Source: Alphaproteobacteria bacterium
GTDB lineage: Bacteria; Pseudomonadota; Alphaproteobacteria; UBA7887
DNA: 64,000 bases
NCBI GenBank assembly: GCA_965216755.1
Contig: CBDCGL010000011.1
Span: forward strand, 192,001-256,000
Reading direction: 5' to 3'
Shown: piece after piece, positions 1 to 10,874 of the stretch
Layout of the letters: each line of letters starts with the position of its first letter
How positions within the stretch are numbered: the stretch's first letter is position 1
Position numbers and translations under genes: made by a program
The notes under the pieces: model-generated
What the model saw: only the letters and a program-made list of their open reading frames with translations
Told to the model about the DNA's origin: nothing
Database searches by the model: none

Positions 1-316
1 CGTCTGGAATATGATTGTAAATACGTGCCGCGGCCTTGGGGCTGTAAAGATAAAGCGGTGATGCCTCGCCGCGCGCAAGGTAATCAATGCCGCCCGCAAA
101 TAGTTTCTGATAGGCGTCCAATGTAACAGTCGAATTGTTGATATAGTCAGCGCCGGGACCGGCGCATTTGAGAGTTTCTCCCTCGAACGCGAAGAAATTT
201 GGCTCCTTGCTGGGGCTCATGAAGATGTCAGGATGTTGCCTTAGGTAGTTGTATAGGGCGGTGGTGCCCGACCTGGCGGCCCCGATGACAAGAAATGTTG
301 GCATGTTTGGTAACAT
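1..316 (-). CDS. Sulfotransferase family protein (5' part; runs off window start)
   Basis: Not in the ORF track. Manual minus-strand translation from ATG at 316 gives MLPNMPTFLVIGAARSGTTALYNYLRQHPDIFMSPSKEPNFF...GEASPLYLY, which has the PAPS-binding GxxRSGTT, KEPxFF and GEASP motifs. Confidence 0.9.
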   Translation of the reverse strand, partial: MLPNMPTFLVIGAARSGTTALYNYLRQHPDIFMSPSKEPNFFAFEGETLKCAGPGADYINNSTVTLDAYQKLFAGGIDYLARGEASPLYLYSPKAAARIYNHIPD

Positions 317-530
317 GATCCGCGCCTATGCCTTCGGAACTTGTTAATGGATGTGCGTTGATCGCACAGGGCAACATAGATTGGCGACATGGCGTCGTCC
401 ATTGCCATTTCCGTTTTGCCGTGGGATCCATACACTGGAAGAGCATTCGACCATACTTGCCAAGCAAACTGCGCGTTGTTACGGTGTCGTGTGATGCACC
501 AATTCTTCTCTAGAGTTTCGATAAATCACG

Positions 531-2105
531 ATGCATGATCACATCGTTATCGGCTCTGGTCCGGCTGGTGTCGCTGCAGCGTCTGCGCTCATTGAAGCCG
601 GTCGTCGGGTTCTCATGCTCGATGTTGGCGAGGAATTGGAGCCAGATTGCCAAGATCTGCGGCGTCGATTGGGGAGCCTGGAACCGGACCTTTGGCACGC
701 TGACGATCGGCGGGAGTTCATAAAGCGCGCCACCGGCACGCAAGCGGAAGGCAAAAAGCCCTTCGGGTCGGACATATTGTTTCGCGATCCAGTTGGCTTT
801 TTTGGGAATGGCCGCTCCACAAGTGAGTTTCAACTTAAGCCTTCGTTTGCAAAAGGTGGGTTGAGCAACGGCTGGGGTGCAGCTGTACTCCCTTATCGTT
901 CGCAAGACATTGAAAGCTGGCCGATTGATATTGACGACCTTGCGCCGCATTACCAAGCCGTTGCGGCCTTTATGCCGATCGCGGCACGCCTTGACGACTT
1001 GCAAGACATGTTCCCAGCGCACCCTATTCGCGACAATCAACCCTTGGCGCTGAGTTCGCAGGCGGCACGCTTGGTCCGCCGTTTGGAGAAAAGGAAATCG
1101 CACCTGCGGGATTTGGGAATCTATTTTGGACAAGCGCGTCAAGCTGCGTCGGCGGCGTGCCACAAATGCGCGATGTGTCTCTACGGGTGCCCCTATGACT
1201 TTATCTACGACACAACCAAAACGATCCGAGCGCTTGAACGTCACGGGGGGCTGCGCTATGTGCGTGGGCACTATGTCACCGAGTTTGATGAGCAGGGGGA
1301 GAGTGTCTCAGTTCGCGGCTACGATCCAATGACGCGCGCGAGATTTGAGGTGTACGGTGCGAAAGTGTTTATCGCGGCGGGCGTGCTGCCGACGGCGAAA
1401 ATCGTGCTCAACACAATCGCGCCGGGCGATCACACGGTCACACTGAAGGACAGCCAGCACTTCTTTTTGCCTCTGCTACATACCTGGTGGCCGAAGCCCG
1501 ATCCTGCGCTGGAAAAGCGTCACACGCTAACCCAGCTATTTATTGAACTTGCCGATTCGCACTCGGCAGCACGCGCTGTTCATTTTCAACTGTATACTTA
1601 CAATGATTTCTTTGCTAAAGATATGCGCGAGAGGCTTGGCAAGCTATCGAGAGGACTCGGGCCGTTGGTTGATCACATCAGTCGACGGTTGATCGTTGCG
1701 CAAGGTTTTTTGCATTCTGATGAGTCAGCATCGGTTAAGATTCGACGATGTGATGCGAGCGCTGGTGCGGAGCTTGATTTCGCCGTCGTAGGGAACACTC
1801 GATCGGCCGCCGCGGTGCAGCGGAGCATCAAGCGTATGCGAACTGCCTTGATGCGATCGGGCCTGGTGGCGCTGAATGCCTTTTGTCATATGGGTGCCGT
1901 GGGGAGCAGTTTTCACTGCGGTGGAACATTTCCAATGAGCGCTGAACCGGGTCCGCTGCAAACAGATACGATGGGACGGCTACACGGATTCACTCGGAGC
2001 TTTATCGTGGATGCTTCAGTTTTTTCAAGCGTTCCCGCCACAACCATCACTTTTTCGGTAATGGCGAACGCGCACCGTATCGCCGCCGCGGCGGCCCAAA
2101 CGTGA
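531..2105 (+). CDS. GMC-family FAD-dependent oxidoreductase
   Basis: N-terminal VIGSGPAG FAD motif, GGLSNGWG, CxxCxxCxxGCP, and C-terminal H-x-GGT ... VDASVF ... TITFSVMANA. Confidence 0.85.
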   Translation: MHDHIVIGSGPAGVAAASALIEAGRRVLMLDVGEELEPDCQDLRRRLGSLEPDLWHADDRREFIKRATGTQAEGKKPFGSDILFRDPVGFFGNGRSTSEFQLKPSFAKGGLSNGWGAAVLPYRSQDIESWPIDIDDLAPHYQAVAAFMPIAARLDDLQDMFPAHPIRDNQPLALSSQAARLVRRLEKRKSHLRDLGIYFGQARQAASAACHKCAMCLYGCPYDFIYDTTKTIRALERHGGLRYVRGHYVTEFDEQGESVSVRGYDPMTRARFEVYGAKVFIAAGVLPTAKIVLNTIAPGDHTVTLKDSQHFFLPLLHTWWPKPDPALEKRHTLTQLFIELADSHSAARAVHFQLYTYNDFFAKDMRERLGKLSRGLGPLVDHISRRLIVAQGFLHSDESASVKIRRCDASAGAELDFAVVGNTRSAAAVQRSIKRMRTALMRSGLVALNAFCHMGAVGSSFHCGGTFPMSAEPGPLQTDTMGRLHGFTRSFIVDASVFSSVPATTITFSVMANAHRIAAAAAQT

Positions 2106-2119
2106 GGCGGCGTGGGTCA

Positions 2120-3313
2120 CTATGTTCGGTGCTTCGAAAGGTACCTTGATCGAACATAGGGCTCGGTTTTCTTGATGCCGTCAGCGAAGGTGTAGCGGGG
2201 CGCGTATCCAAGTTCCCGGCGAGCTTTATCAATAGAACAACGCCCTGACCCACAGTAGAGCGCGATTTCGTCGGCTGTCGGTTCATATACGATCTCGCCG
2301 CGTTGTCTTTGCAGACGACGCAGCATATGCCGCAAATGCGACACGGTCGAGGCGCCAAGAGTCGACTGCAGCCCGCGACGCAGTCGATAAGTCGCTAAGT
2401 GAACGGCATGTCCCAATGAGGATGTAACGGCCTGCCGGTTCATGATCTGCTCTGTGTTCTGTGCCAAATCCATGGCACGGTACACAATAGAATTGCGACC
2501 GATCATGTCTTGGTATGCTTCGAAATAGTCAGACCAGGTCACCACATCGGGCCCAGATATGATGTAGGAACTGGCATTGGCCGTCTCCGCGGTGGCTGCA
2601 CACAACAGACCGTCGACAACATCATCCACAAAGACTGCGTTGCAGAAGCCCTCGGCACGATTGGGAAGTATTATTTTCCCGTCCAGGAGTTGCTCGATTT
2701 TCTGATCCGTCCAAAGCCAACTATACGGACCATACACAATGGTCGGTTGAATAATAACGGATTCAAGATTTCCCTTATCAGCCTGCCCGCGCAGCTTGCT
2801 TTCCATGGCAAGCTTTGCGGATTTGTACGGATTGTCCGGCGCGCTCAGCGGCGATTGCTCGGTAACGTCGCCGTTCGGCCAATCTCGGTAGACGACAATA
2901 GAGCTGACATGCACCAGCTTGGCAACTTGGTTTGCAACGCAGGCGTTCAACAAGTTGTCAAAATTGGTTAGATTTGTGCGCGCCGACCCGCCAAAATCAT
3001 GGGCTAAGTTAAAGACGATGCCACGCTCCGGAACCACCTTCTCAAGTGTGCGGGCATCCGACAAGTTCCCGCGAACGATTCGGACATTGTGCTGTTTGAG
3101 CCGTTTGGCACGGTGTCGATCGCGCGCGAGGACCGTCAAATCCACTTCGTCGACGGCGCACAGTTTGTCAGTCAGGCGCGCACCGATAAAACCCGTTGCA
3201 CCTGTGACCAGGACTTTTCGATTTTTCAACACCGCCTTTGCGGCGGCAGGTTGAGCAGGCAAATTTGTCATGGCAACGCCTTTAAAGTGTCCGTCGGCCG
3301 CATCGTCGGACAC
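2120..3313 (-). CDS. NAD-dependent epimerase/dehydratase (extended SDR)
   Basis: TGATGFIG, SSIVVY, YxxxK (YKSAK), PTIVYGP. True start may be the later MTNL. Confidence 0.9.
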   Translation of the reverse strand: MSDDAADGHFKGVAMTNLPAQPAAAKAVLKNRKVLVTGATGFIGARLTDKLCAVDEVDLTVLARDRHRAKRLKQHNVRIVRGNLSDARTLEKVVPERGIVFNLAHDFGGSARTNLTNFDNLLNACVANQVAKLVHVSSIVVYRDWPNGDVTEQSPLSAPDNPYKSAKLAMESKLRGQADKGNLESVIIQPTIVYGPYSWLWTDQKIEQLLDGKIILPNRAEGFCNAVFVDDVVDGLLCAATAETANASSYIISGPDVVTWSDYFEAYQDMIGRNSIVYRAMDLAQNTEQIMNRQAVTSSLGHAVHLATYRLRRGLQSTLGASTVSHLRHMLRRLQRQRGEIVYEPTADEIALYCGSGRCSIDKARRELGYAPRYTFADGIKKTEPYVRSRYLSKHRT

Positions 3314-3327
3314 TGCTCTAGCTGCGG

Positions 3328-4464
3328 CTAAGACGCAAGCAGCTCATTGTACAATGCTTCGATCTTTGGGTTCATATGGTCCAGCGCGAAACGGTCTTCA
3401 GCGCCGCGCGCGCGTGCCGCCGTAGACATTCGTCCCCTTAGCTGATCATCGGATACAAGCTGCATGACACTTGCCGTCAAAGCGTCAACATCTCCCACTG
3501 GTACAACAACGCCGACTTCGCTTGTGACCAATTCGGTCACGCCGCCGGTGTCGCACGCGATAACCGGGAGGCCCGCCCGGAACGCCTCGACGATCGAAAT
3601 CGGTAAGGCTTCCCAACGCGACGGCAAAAGAAACACGTCCGCAGCTCTAAGATATGCATGCGGTTGATCTGAATAGCCAACAAACGTCACGCGCGATTGG
3701 ATACCGGCCTCGGTAGCCATTGATTCCAACTCGCACCGCAATGGCCCGTCTCCAACGACAACAAAATGGACATCCTTTCGGCGCGCGGTAACACGTTTCG
3801 CCACGTCAACCAAAAGATCGATTCCCTTTTGAACCGCTAAGCGTCCGACCGTAACAACCAAATACTTCGCGTCATTGCTAAGGTAAGAATGTCTCAAATT
3901 TTGCCACTCGGCTTCCGCGATTGTGGGAGGCGGCGCGATTCCAAGACCAACGACGCGCAATTTCTTCTGCGGAACACCCAGGCGGCTGAGATCGTTGGCC
4001 GCTCGCTGACTTAAGGCGATAACCTTGTTACAGGCAAATCTGCTGGTTCGGGCGACTTCCGGCAATCGTCCTTCAGTGGCGCCATGAAACGTGAACACGA
4101 TGGGGATCGACAACCCGAGCACCGCAATTCTTGCCACAATGGCCGCGGCGGTCTCGTGAACGTGAACCAGGTCGATTTGCCGGGCCTTCAGCACTCGCCG
4201 AAGCTTCAGGGCACAGCGTATTGCCGCCACGACCCGCAATATGCGGGATTTGGGTTCAGACGCGAAGTCCTCGAGCTGGGTGACTTGGTCGATGTCCAAG
4301 GAAACGAACGATTCATCGATGTTCGGATTCAGCAACGTTCCCGGACAACCGCCGATCGACACTTCGTGGCCGCGCGCGCGCAGCCACTTGCTCAGCGCCA
4401 AAATATGTATCTGAATGCCGCCGCCGCGGGCGAAGAACGTTGAAAGCTCAAGAATGCGCATCAC
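3328..4464 (-). CDS. Glycosyltransferase family 4
   Basis: GGIQIH N-terminus, VGRLxxQKG, PSRWEALPISIVEA (EX7E motif). Confidence 0.92.
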   Translation of the reverse strand: MMRILELSTFFARGGGIQIHILALSKWLRARGHEVSIGGCPGTLLNPNIDESFVSLDIDQVTQLEDFASEPKSRILRVVAAIRCALKLRRVLKARQIDLVHVHETAAAIVARIAVLGLSIPIVFTFHGATEGRLPEVARTSRFACNKVIALSQRAANDLSRLGVPQKKLRVVGLGIAPPPTIAEAEWQNLRHSYLSNDAKYLVVTVGRLAVQKGIDLLVDVAKRVTARRKDVHFVVVGDGPLRCELESMATEAGIQSRVTFVGYSDQPHAYLRAADVFLLPSRWEALPISIVEAFRAGLPVIACDTGGVTELVTSEVGVVVPVGDVDALTASVMQLVSDDQLRGRMSTAARARGAEDRFALDHMNPKIEALYNELLAS

Positions 4465-4557
4465 CGCGTTTACGGCCCAACCGTTTGCGCACGCATATTG
4501 CGCGCGAGCCCACCGGTGTGTGTCATCGCCGAGAATGCGTGTGCGGCGGGGCGGCTG

Positions 4558-6087
4558 TTACATGCTGACATAAACTTGCAGGGCACCTTGGTTCAACGTT
4601 CCCTCGAAAGTCTTGTTCAGAACATATCTTCGTTCCAAATGTGCGGCCAAATCTGGATACTTTCGTTTTGTGCGATTTGGAAAGGCGATGACAATCCAAG
4701 TACGCTCAAATCTGCCGTCAATTTCTTCTAGGTGCCGCTGTGACTCAATGGTAATCCAGTCGGTACCGTAATATTGATCGAAAGCGGCCGCAGCAAGGCC
4801 GAATGTCACGACGACGTCACTGGTCCCGCGGACCTTGTTTACATAGTCAAGAGTTCCTTCGTAGTCCTGCTTTGGGTGCTCGTAATTGCGCAAGAGTAGA
4901 GGAACGGAAACAATAAACATCAACATCGAAGCCAACAAAAATAGATGATCGCGGTTGATCGGCAATGAAAACCAGCGTTTAGCAAAATCTGACAGAATGT
5001 TGCAAGAAATCAGAACGCCGTTTGTGATGAACAACAATATGAACCCAATATCTATAAAGAAGAATCGTGGCCAAATGCGCATGGATAGGGCAAGTAAAGT
5101 AAAAAGCGTTACAAATACATGTATAGCGAGAATCAGTGGAAGGGCTGGGACTCGCCGGCCGATGCCAACGGCGCCGATCACAGTCAATGTGATTGCGATC
5201 AATGCGACTCCGGAAGTTAGAAGGCTTGGCACCGCGACACTGCGGAGAATCTCGACCGCGGCCCAGATTGGGCTTTGGTATTCCTTCATGACATCGACTT
5301 CGGATGTGTCGGCCACCGTCGAAACCGTAAGCGCGAGCTGGGACAAAATGGGCCAATAGAGAATCAGCGTGACCAGCGCACCGCACGCGAACCCTAGCAA
5401 GGGAACGACTTGGTCCGATATGTGCGATGGCGCGCGCAGGTTGCTCGGCAGGCGAACACGTGGCACATAGCGAGCGATGAGCATGATCACATAGGTGAGC
5501 CCGTGTGCCGCGACAAAGAAGGCGGCAGTCAAGTGCGTATACAAAGCGGCCGCGACAACCACGCCATAGCCCAGCCAAAGCCGCCAACGTGGCTCCCGTA
5601 CACCCTCCAGGAACATGATTGTGGCGAGGACGTACCAGAACAAGATCTCGGTATAACCGCGCGCATTCTGCGAGAACCACACGTGGTGATACGATATGGC
5701 TAGGAGCACGGCGACAACGTGCGCTAGGGAGGTCGACGCGACACGTCGGGTCAGTACCCACATCGCGCCAATGCTCAACACACCGAAGATGAGGGCCGGC
5801 AAACGCACTGTCCAATTGTGCTCGCCGGCGATTGCAATCACAGCTTTGGCCTGAAGGCTGTAAAATATATGGTTGTTCATCTCCGAAAGATCGGAGGTCA
5901 CGGTCGAAATTGGCTGTCTGATTGAACTCAGAATCGTATGGATCTCGTCGTGCCACAGCGAGTCATTGAGACCAACAAGACGCAAAACCGCAGCCAGCGT
6001 CAGGATTCCAACAAGAACCATCACGCCCGCGTCAGAATTTGAAGTCCCGTCGCGTCTCATCTTCGGGCATATCCTCCTGCCAAACAC
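4558..6087 (-). CDS. GT-C fold membrane glycosyltransferase (PMT_2/GT39-like)
   Basis: SLWHDE motif, RLPALIFG, SQNARGY, many transmembrane segments. Start uncertain. Confidence 0.8.
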   Translation of the reverse strand: MFGRRICPKMRRDGTSNSDAGVMVLVGILTLAAVLRLVGLNDSLWHDEIHTILSSIRQPISTVTSDLSEMNNHIFYSLQAKAVIAIAGEHNWTVRLPALIFGVLSIGAMWVLTRRVASTSLAHVVAVLLAISYHHVWFSQNARGYTEILFWYVLATIMFLEGVREPRWRLWLGYGVVVAAALYTHLTAAFFVAAHGLTYVIMLIARYVPRVRLPSNLRAPSHISDQVVPLLGFACGALVTLILYWPILSQLALTVSTVADTSEVDVMKEYQSPIWAAVEILRSVAVPSLLTSGVALIAITLTVIGAVGIGRRVPALPLILAIHVFVTLFTLLALSMRIWPRFFFIDIGFILLFITNGVLISCNILSDFAKRWFSLPINRDHLFLLASMLMFIVSVPLLLRNYEHPKQDYEGTLDYVNKVRGTSDVVVTFGLAAAAFDQYYGTDWITIESQRHLEEIDGRFERTWIVIAFPNRTKRKYPDLAAHLERRYVLNKTFEGTLNQGALQVYVSM

Positions 6088-6231
6088 TTATCCGCAAAAC
6101 CTCTAGAGGAATAAAGCTCTGGTGCAGTTACGGCAGATTACCCGCATTTGGCGGCGAAAAGGCGATTGCGCTCGACCCGGGCGGGTCGCTTTTGCGTGCG
6201 ACACAAGCAGGACCTTTGATTGCAAATGATA

Positions 6232-6384
6232 TTATTCAGAATGATCGGATGTCGCTCTAAACCAATAGATCCCGTTCAACACCTTCCGATCATCCACCCG
6301 CGGCACACCGCGAGGCTTGTTCGGCAACAACGGTTCGATGATCGACCATTCAAAGTCCGTCAGTTCATAACGCCGTGTCAGCAT
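6232..6384 (-). pseudogene. IS5-family transposase N-terminal remnant
   Basis: Manual translation MLTRRYELTDFEWSIIEPLLPNKPRGVPRVDDRKVLNGIYW matches the typical IS5-family (IS427-like) N-terminus; it stops after 50 aa. Confidence 0.8.
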
Positions 6385-6443
6385 CCAAGTCAAACCGCTC
6401 AATGGTCGTCCGGCCCGCCGTCCGCCAGACCGCGCGACGGGGG

Positions 6444-8399
6444 TTATTTCCAGTGGATCCCGTAAACCGACTCAATTGCCCACAATTGATCACCGACGCC
6501 CAATAGCGTCACAATCGTCATTACGTCATTGGAATCATTCTTCAGTGAGACGCTGGCGCCCTTGTGCGCGATCGCGTCGGTCGGCTGCGGCTTGATCTCG
6601 AATTTATCCGCGCGCTCTTTCACAAACGTGAAACGCAGACCGACCTTCGCCGGCGGCAACTCGTAAAGCGTGGCGGCGCCTGCGGGTACATGTCCATTGG
6701 AAAAAATGCCCCCGGTTTCGTGCGATTCGATCCTCGACGCCGGATTCAGCATGGTCGGTGCTTGGACCACCGGCCCTTGGTTGAAGCGCCATCCCGGCCC
6801 TTCCAATTTATTCTCGTTCGCATTTACAATATTTGCATACACATGCGTCGGACCCAAATTAGGTGCGATACTCGGTGTAAACGGGTCGGGATCGATCACG
6901 TGCAGGAATTCGTGCACATCGTGCGCGACGTTACCTGTGACCGTCGTGTTGCTGGTGCCCCGAAGCGTGTCATTTCTCAATGTCAGGAACGTTTGAGATC
7001 CAACAACCCTGTTGCCGATCACGTCGATCTGATCTGTTCCGAGGAGAAATAAGGCCTGCTTGCCGCCGTTCACGGTGTTGTCCTGAATTTCCACGTTGCT
7101 GGCGGTACCGACGCGGATGCCGCGAGACATATGCCCAGCATGTATTATGTTCCCCGCAACCCGAATATGAGCGACCCTGTCAAGGCAATTTCCGGCCGTG
7201 ACATCACCGTCAAAGGACACCCCCGCCATGTTGTCGTCCAAGATGTTGGGATAAAGGATGTTGTGAGACACTGATCCGTGCGTCAATTTGTTGGCTAATT
7301 TCCCGCCGATCAACTTATACTCGATGGCGTGGTTCGTATTGTCGTACACGATGTTATGGTTGACGATAATGTTCTCACCGTCATTGACCGCCACGTCTAT
7401 GCCATCCCGGCCGCTACCGCCGGAAATATTGTTGAGGATAAAGATATTATGATGCTTGACCGCGCCGATATTCTCGTCTGTCGTTCCTGCTAGCTTTATA
7501 CCATCATTATTGATCGTATTCAGGGCGCGATTTCGTTCAATCCAGGCGCCGTCAATATCTCCTCGGAGCTGAATGCCCATGTAAAATACGCCATCCAAAT
7601 AGTTGTCTGAGACTCGTATATTCTCGCCGCCCCACACGTCAACGCCCATGCCGCCGCCAAGAAATTTGGACTTGCGAACCGATAAATGGTGTACGCGGTG
7701 CGCCCGCACAGCCGTCACCACTTCGGCGGCGGGCTTTCCCGGCACGTGCTTCGGCATGTGAAAGTCAATGCCCTCGATCAGGATGTGATGCCGCACTGAG
7801 GCCTGTTGACCGATTTCGAAAATTTGGAGATGGACAAACTGACCTTGGGCGTTCTTTTGGGGCTCACCGACAAGGATCGCACGGCCGCCCGCCGACCGGA
7901 TCGTGTAGTTGTCCCTGTTGACTTTTATCGACTTGACGACGGTATATGTGCCGCCCCAGAGCAGCACTGTTCCGCCATCTTTCAGTGAATCTAGGGCGAG
8001 CGAAATGGCCTTATGCGCCAGAATATTGGGTGGGTCGCCGGGGGCCGGCGCCGGGTCCGGCGCGCCGACGATTTGCACCAGGTCTCCGAACTTCGATTGG
8101 GCCTGTTGCGCCCAGGATTGGATGGGAGGCTGGATCGTCTTTGGGAACACGATCGCGGTGCGACCGTCGCTCAACAGGCCGAGATCCGGGAGGACGCAGC
8201 TGCCATCGCCAAGCAGTACTTCTCCTGATGCGCACAGCGTGTGTGCGCTTTCGTCCGGCCCACATTGCCACATGTTGGAAGTCCATTTGACAACTTCGTC
8301 ATCTGAGCATGTCAGTGGATCGATGGTGTGACCGCGTGCACTCATGGTCGCCAACCCAATCCATAGTACCACAACAACGAGACATGGAATTCTGGACAT
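6444..8399 (-). CDS. Secreted right-handed parallel beta-helix protein (pectin-lyase-like fold)
   Basis: Start moved to ATG 8399 (GGGAGG RBS; signal-peptide-like MSRIPCLVVVVLWIGLATMSARG). GGTVLLWGGTY cap followed by many Asn/Ile/Gly PbH1-type coils. Confidence 0.75.
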   Translation of the reverse strand: MSRIPCLVVVVLWIGLATMSARGHTIDPLTCSDDEVVKWTSNMWQCGPDESAHTLCASGEVLLGDGSCVLPDLGLLSDGRTAIVFPKTIQPPIQSWAQQAQSKFGDLVQIVGAPDPAPAPGDPPNILAHKAISLALDSLKDGGTVLLWGGTYTVVKSIKVNRDNYTIRSAGGRAILVGEPQKNAQGQFVHLQIFEIGQQASVRHHILIEGIDFHMPKHVPGKPAAEVVTAVRAHRVHHLSVRKSKFLGGGMGVDVWGGENIRVSDNYLDGVFYMGIQLRGDIDGAWIERNRALNTINNDGIKLAGTTDENIGAVKHHNIFILNNISGGSGRDGIDVAVNDGENIIVNHNIVYDNTNHAIEYKLIGGKLANKLTHGSVSHNILYPNILDDNMAGVSFDGDVTAGNCLDRVAHIRVAGNIIHAGHMSRGIRVGTASNVEIQDNTVNGGKQALFLLGTDQIDVIGNRVVGSQTFLTLRNDTLRGTSNTTVTGNVAHDVHEFLHVIDPDPFTPSIAPNLGPTHVYANIVNANENKLEGPGWRFNQGPVVQAPTMLNPASRIESHETGGIFSNGHVPAGAATLYELPPAKVGLRFTFVKERADKFEIKPQPTDAIAHKGASVSLKNDSNDVMTIVTLLGVGDQLWAIESVYGIHWK

Positions 8400-8530
8400 T
8401 TTGCTGCCTCCCTGTCCGGAAACGCAAAACTGATGGCACGGCGAACGCCGTGCGTGATCGGCATTCCTAGTCGACATCCCCTACATGGCTGACCCTTGTA
8501 GAGAGAATGGCCGGCTCCCGCCGAATTGAA

Positions 8531-9828
8531 CTGACATCCCCCAGATGGATGCCAACGGGCGGAAAGTGTGACCGGCCGATGCCGATATGGCAAGCCTCTC
8601 CTGCAACCGGCTCCGGCGCAGAGCCCCTCGACCGTCTCTAAGGCGGCGTTTCGGGTGGTACGGGCCCGACCCGCCCAAACTTTGAGCGTGCGCCGGCTTT
8701 TTCGGCCATTTCCGCACTTTGCGGGCAAGAAATCGAACACGCGTTCTGCGGAAACGCTGAGATTGGTTACTAGAAACCCGACACGGGGCAATAATTCACC
8801 GAGATGCCATTCGACCTTGACGACGACACGCCGCTTGATGTCCCAGCTGTTGGCGCGATAGCTGAGGTTCGCGAAATGGCGTTCGATGGTCGAGGATGGC
8901 CGCCCGTGCCAGCGCTTCAACAGATAGCCAATCTTCTCGCCAAGAACCCATTGGCCGGCAGGCGCATCGCATAACCGAAATCTTCGGTTTCGAGGAACTC
9001 GAAAATATCAGGGCGAGCAAACGCCGCATCGGCCCGGAAATAGTGGCGCCACAGTGGTTGCCATCGGTATCGCGCGACCACCGGCTCCAACACATCACGC
9101 CAGCCATTCGCGCGCGTCACGTTGCCCGGACGCAACGCGCATCGTTCGAGATCGCCATCTTGATTGAACACAAAGATCGGGTGATAGCAGACACAGGTGA
9201 AGTGGCCATTATGGGCAGCGCCTTCCTGGTCGCCGTGAATCGGGCTCGCCGAACTGTCGATGTCGAGGGTCAGAGTGGGTGAGAGTTGACGGTCGCGAAC
9301 CTTGTCAATCCAACGACCGCCGAGGTCGCTCAAAGCGGCGAGGTTCCGCTTCTTGGTCAGCGTCTCGGTCTCGAAGCGGTCCATGTCACTCTCGCCGGCA
9401 CCACGCCGATCATACCGTCACGGCCGACGATGACGCGCATGATCGGATCTTGCGATAACCAGCTGGCATCGTTGACTTCCTCATAGCCGGCCAACCGGCC
9501 AAAGACCGACTGCCGGACCAAGGCCCGCAAGTTGTGTTGAGTATTCCGTCCAGTACGCTTGTCCCACAGCTCACAGCTCGCCATCTCAGTCAGGCCGAAG
9601 ACCTCGTCCAGCTCCCGGAATAGCAGCACACCGCCGTTGGAGCTCAGCTCGGTGCCGTGAAACTCGAGCCTGATCCGCCGGTCGAAATCCAATCGCAAGG
9701 CGTTGGTTTTTGCTTCACCCGTAGCAAACCCGATCCGCACAGGCATTCGCACACCCCATCGCATTGAAGCCAATGAGAAAGTTCGAATCCATCAGGAGAA
9801 CTTTGTCAAGCTATCTGGGGGATGCGGG
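8531..9828 (-). mobile_element. Degenerate IS1380-family insertion sequence (frameshifted, internally deleted transposase)
   Basis: Three minus-strand fragments in different frames (LEFHG..SSNGG.LL.RELD, LAGYEEVND; LDIDSS.SPIHGDQEG..HNGHF...CYHP; RRVVVKVEWHLGELLPRVGFLVTNL). Terminal IR core CATCCCCCAGAT at 8535-8546, reverse complement at 9813-9824. Confidence 0.88.
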
Positions 9829-9890
9829 CTTAGGCCGAACGCTATGTTTTCAGATTGGACGCGTCGCATGCCGTGGCCGGTGTGCAGCAC

Positions 9891-10862
9891 CTACTTTTTG
9901 GGCGATGCTTTCTTTTCTTCAATAAGGTCGGCAATGATTGTTTCTAAGGATGATCGCGGGCGATATCCGATAACGCGCTCGAGCTTGCTGACGTCGGGAA
10001 CGCGTCGCTGCATATCTTCGAAGCCGAATGTGTATGCCTGGTCGTACGGAATGACTTGAATTTCCGACGAGCTGCCAACGGTCTCTTTCACCAGTTCGGC
10101 CAGAGCTCGAATTGTGATTTCTTGGTCGTTGCCAATGTTGAATACTTGGCCGACGGCAGCGGGGGTGTCGATCAGCCGAACAATTGACTCGACCACGTCA
10201 TGGACATGGGCGAAGCATCTTGATTGTTCGCCCGATCCGTAAACCGTGATCGGATCGTTGTTCAACGCCTGACCCACGAAATTGGGCAAGACCATGCCGT
10301 ATTGGCCAGTCTGGCGCGGCCCCGTCGTATTAAACAGACGCGTAATGATCGTCGACACTTTGTTTTCCTGGGCATAAGCAAGTGCCAAACATTCATCCAG
10401 GGCTTTGGCGCACGCATAAGACCATCGAAGGTTGGCCGTCGAACCCATGACCAAATCATCATCTTCGCGAAATGGCGTTTTGGTGGACTTGCCGTAGACC
10501 TCGGAGGTCGATGCGATCAGAACCAACTTCTTCTGGGACGACGCCGCGTGGAGAATGTTTTCCGTACCATTTACATTGGTATGGATCGAGTGACTGGGTC
10601 GATCCAAGATTAGTTTGACGCCAACGGCAGCGGCCAAATGTATCGCCATGTCGCACTCATCGACCAACTCGATGACCAGTGACTGATCTCGGACCGAGCC
10701 AATCACGCAATTGAAGTTGGGGCGGTCGGCAAGCGACGCAATATTGCTCATCGATCCGGTGGACAAATTGTCCAACACAGTTACGCCGTGGTCGTCATTG
10801 AGGAGACGTTCGGCAAGGTGCGATCCAATAAAACCTGCACCTCCGGTTATGAGTATCTTCAT
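9891..10862 (-). CDS. NAD-dependent nucleotide-sugar epimerase/dehydratase
   Basis: ITGGAGFIGSH, HLAAAVG, ASTSEVYG, YACAK, RLFNTTGPRQ. Confidence 0.92.
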   Translation of the reverse strand: MKILITGGAGFIGSHLAERLLNDDHGVTVLDNLSTGSMSNIASLADRPNFNCVIGSVRDQSLVIELVDECDMAIHLAAAVGVKLILDRPSHSIHTNVNGTENILHAASSQKKLVLIASTSEVYGKSTKTPFREDDDLVMGSTANLRWSYACAKALDECLALAYAQENKVSTIITRLFNTTGPRQTGQYGMVLPNFVGQALNNDPITVYGSGEQSRCFAHVHDVVESIVRLIDTPAAVGQVFNIGNDQEITIRALAELVKETVGSSSEIQVIPYDQAYTFGFEDMQRRVPDVSKLERVIGYRPRSSLETIIADLIEEKKASPKK

Positions 10863-10874
10863 GTGTTGGTCAAC

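Noticed and set aside
4979-5956. 325-aa alternate-frame ORF
   Set aside because: Lies within the GT-C gene on the same strand; Arg-rich with no motifs.
8342-9773. Three ORFs as separate genes or a programmed-frameshift transposase
   Set aside because: They are consecutive pieces of one IS1380 transposase with several frameshifts and a missing C-terminal region.
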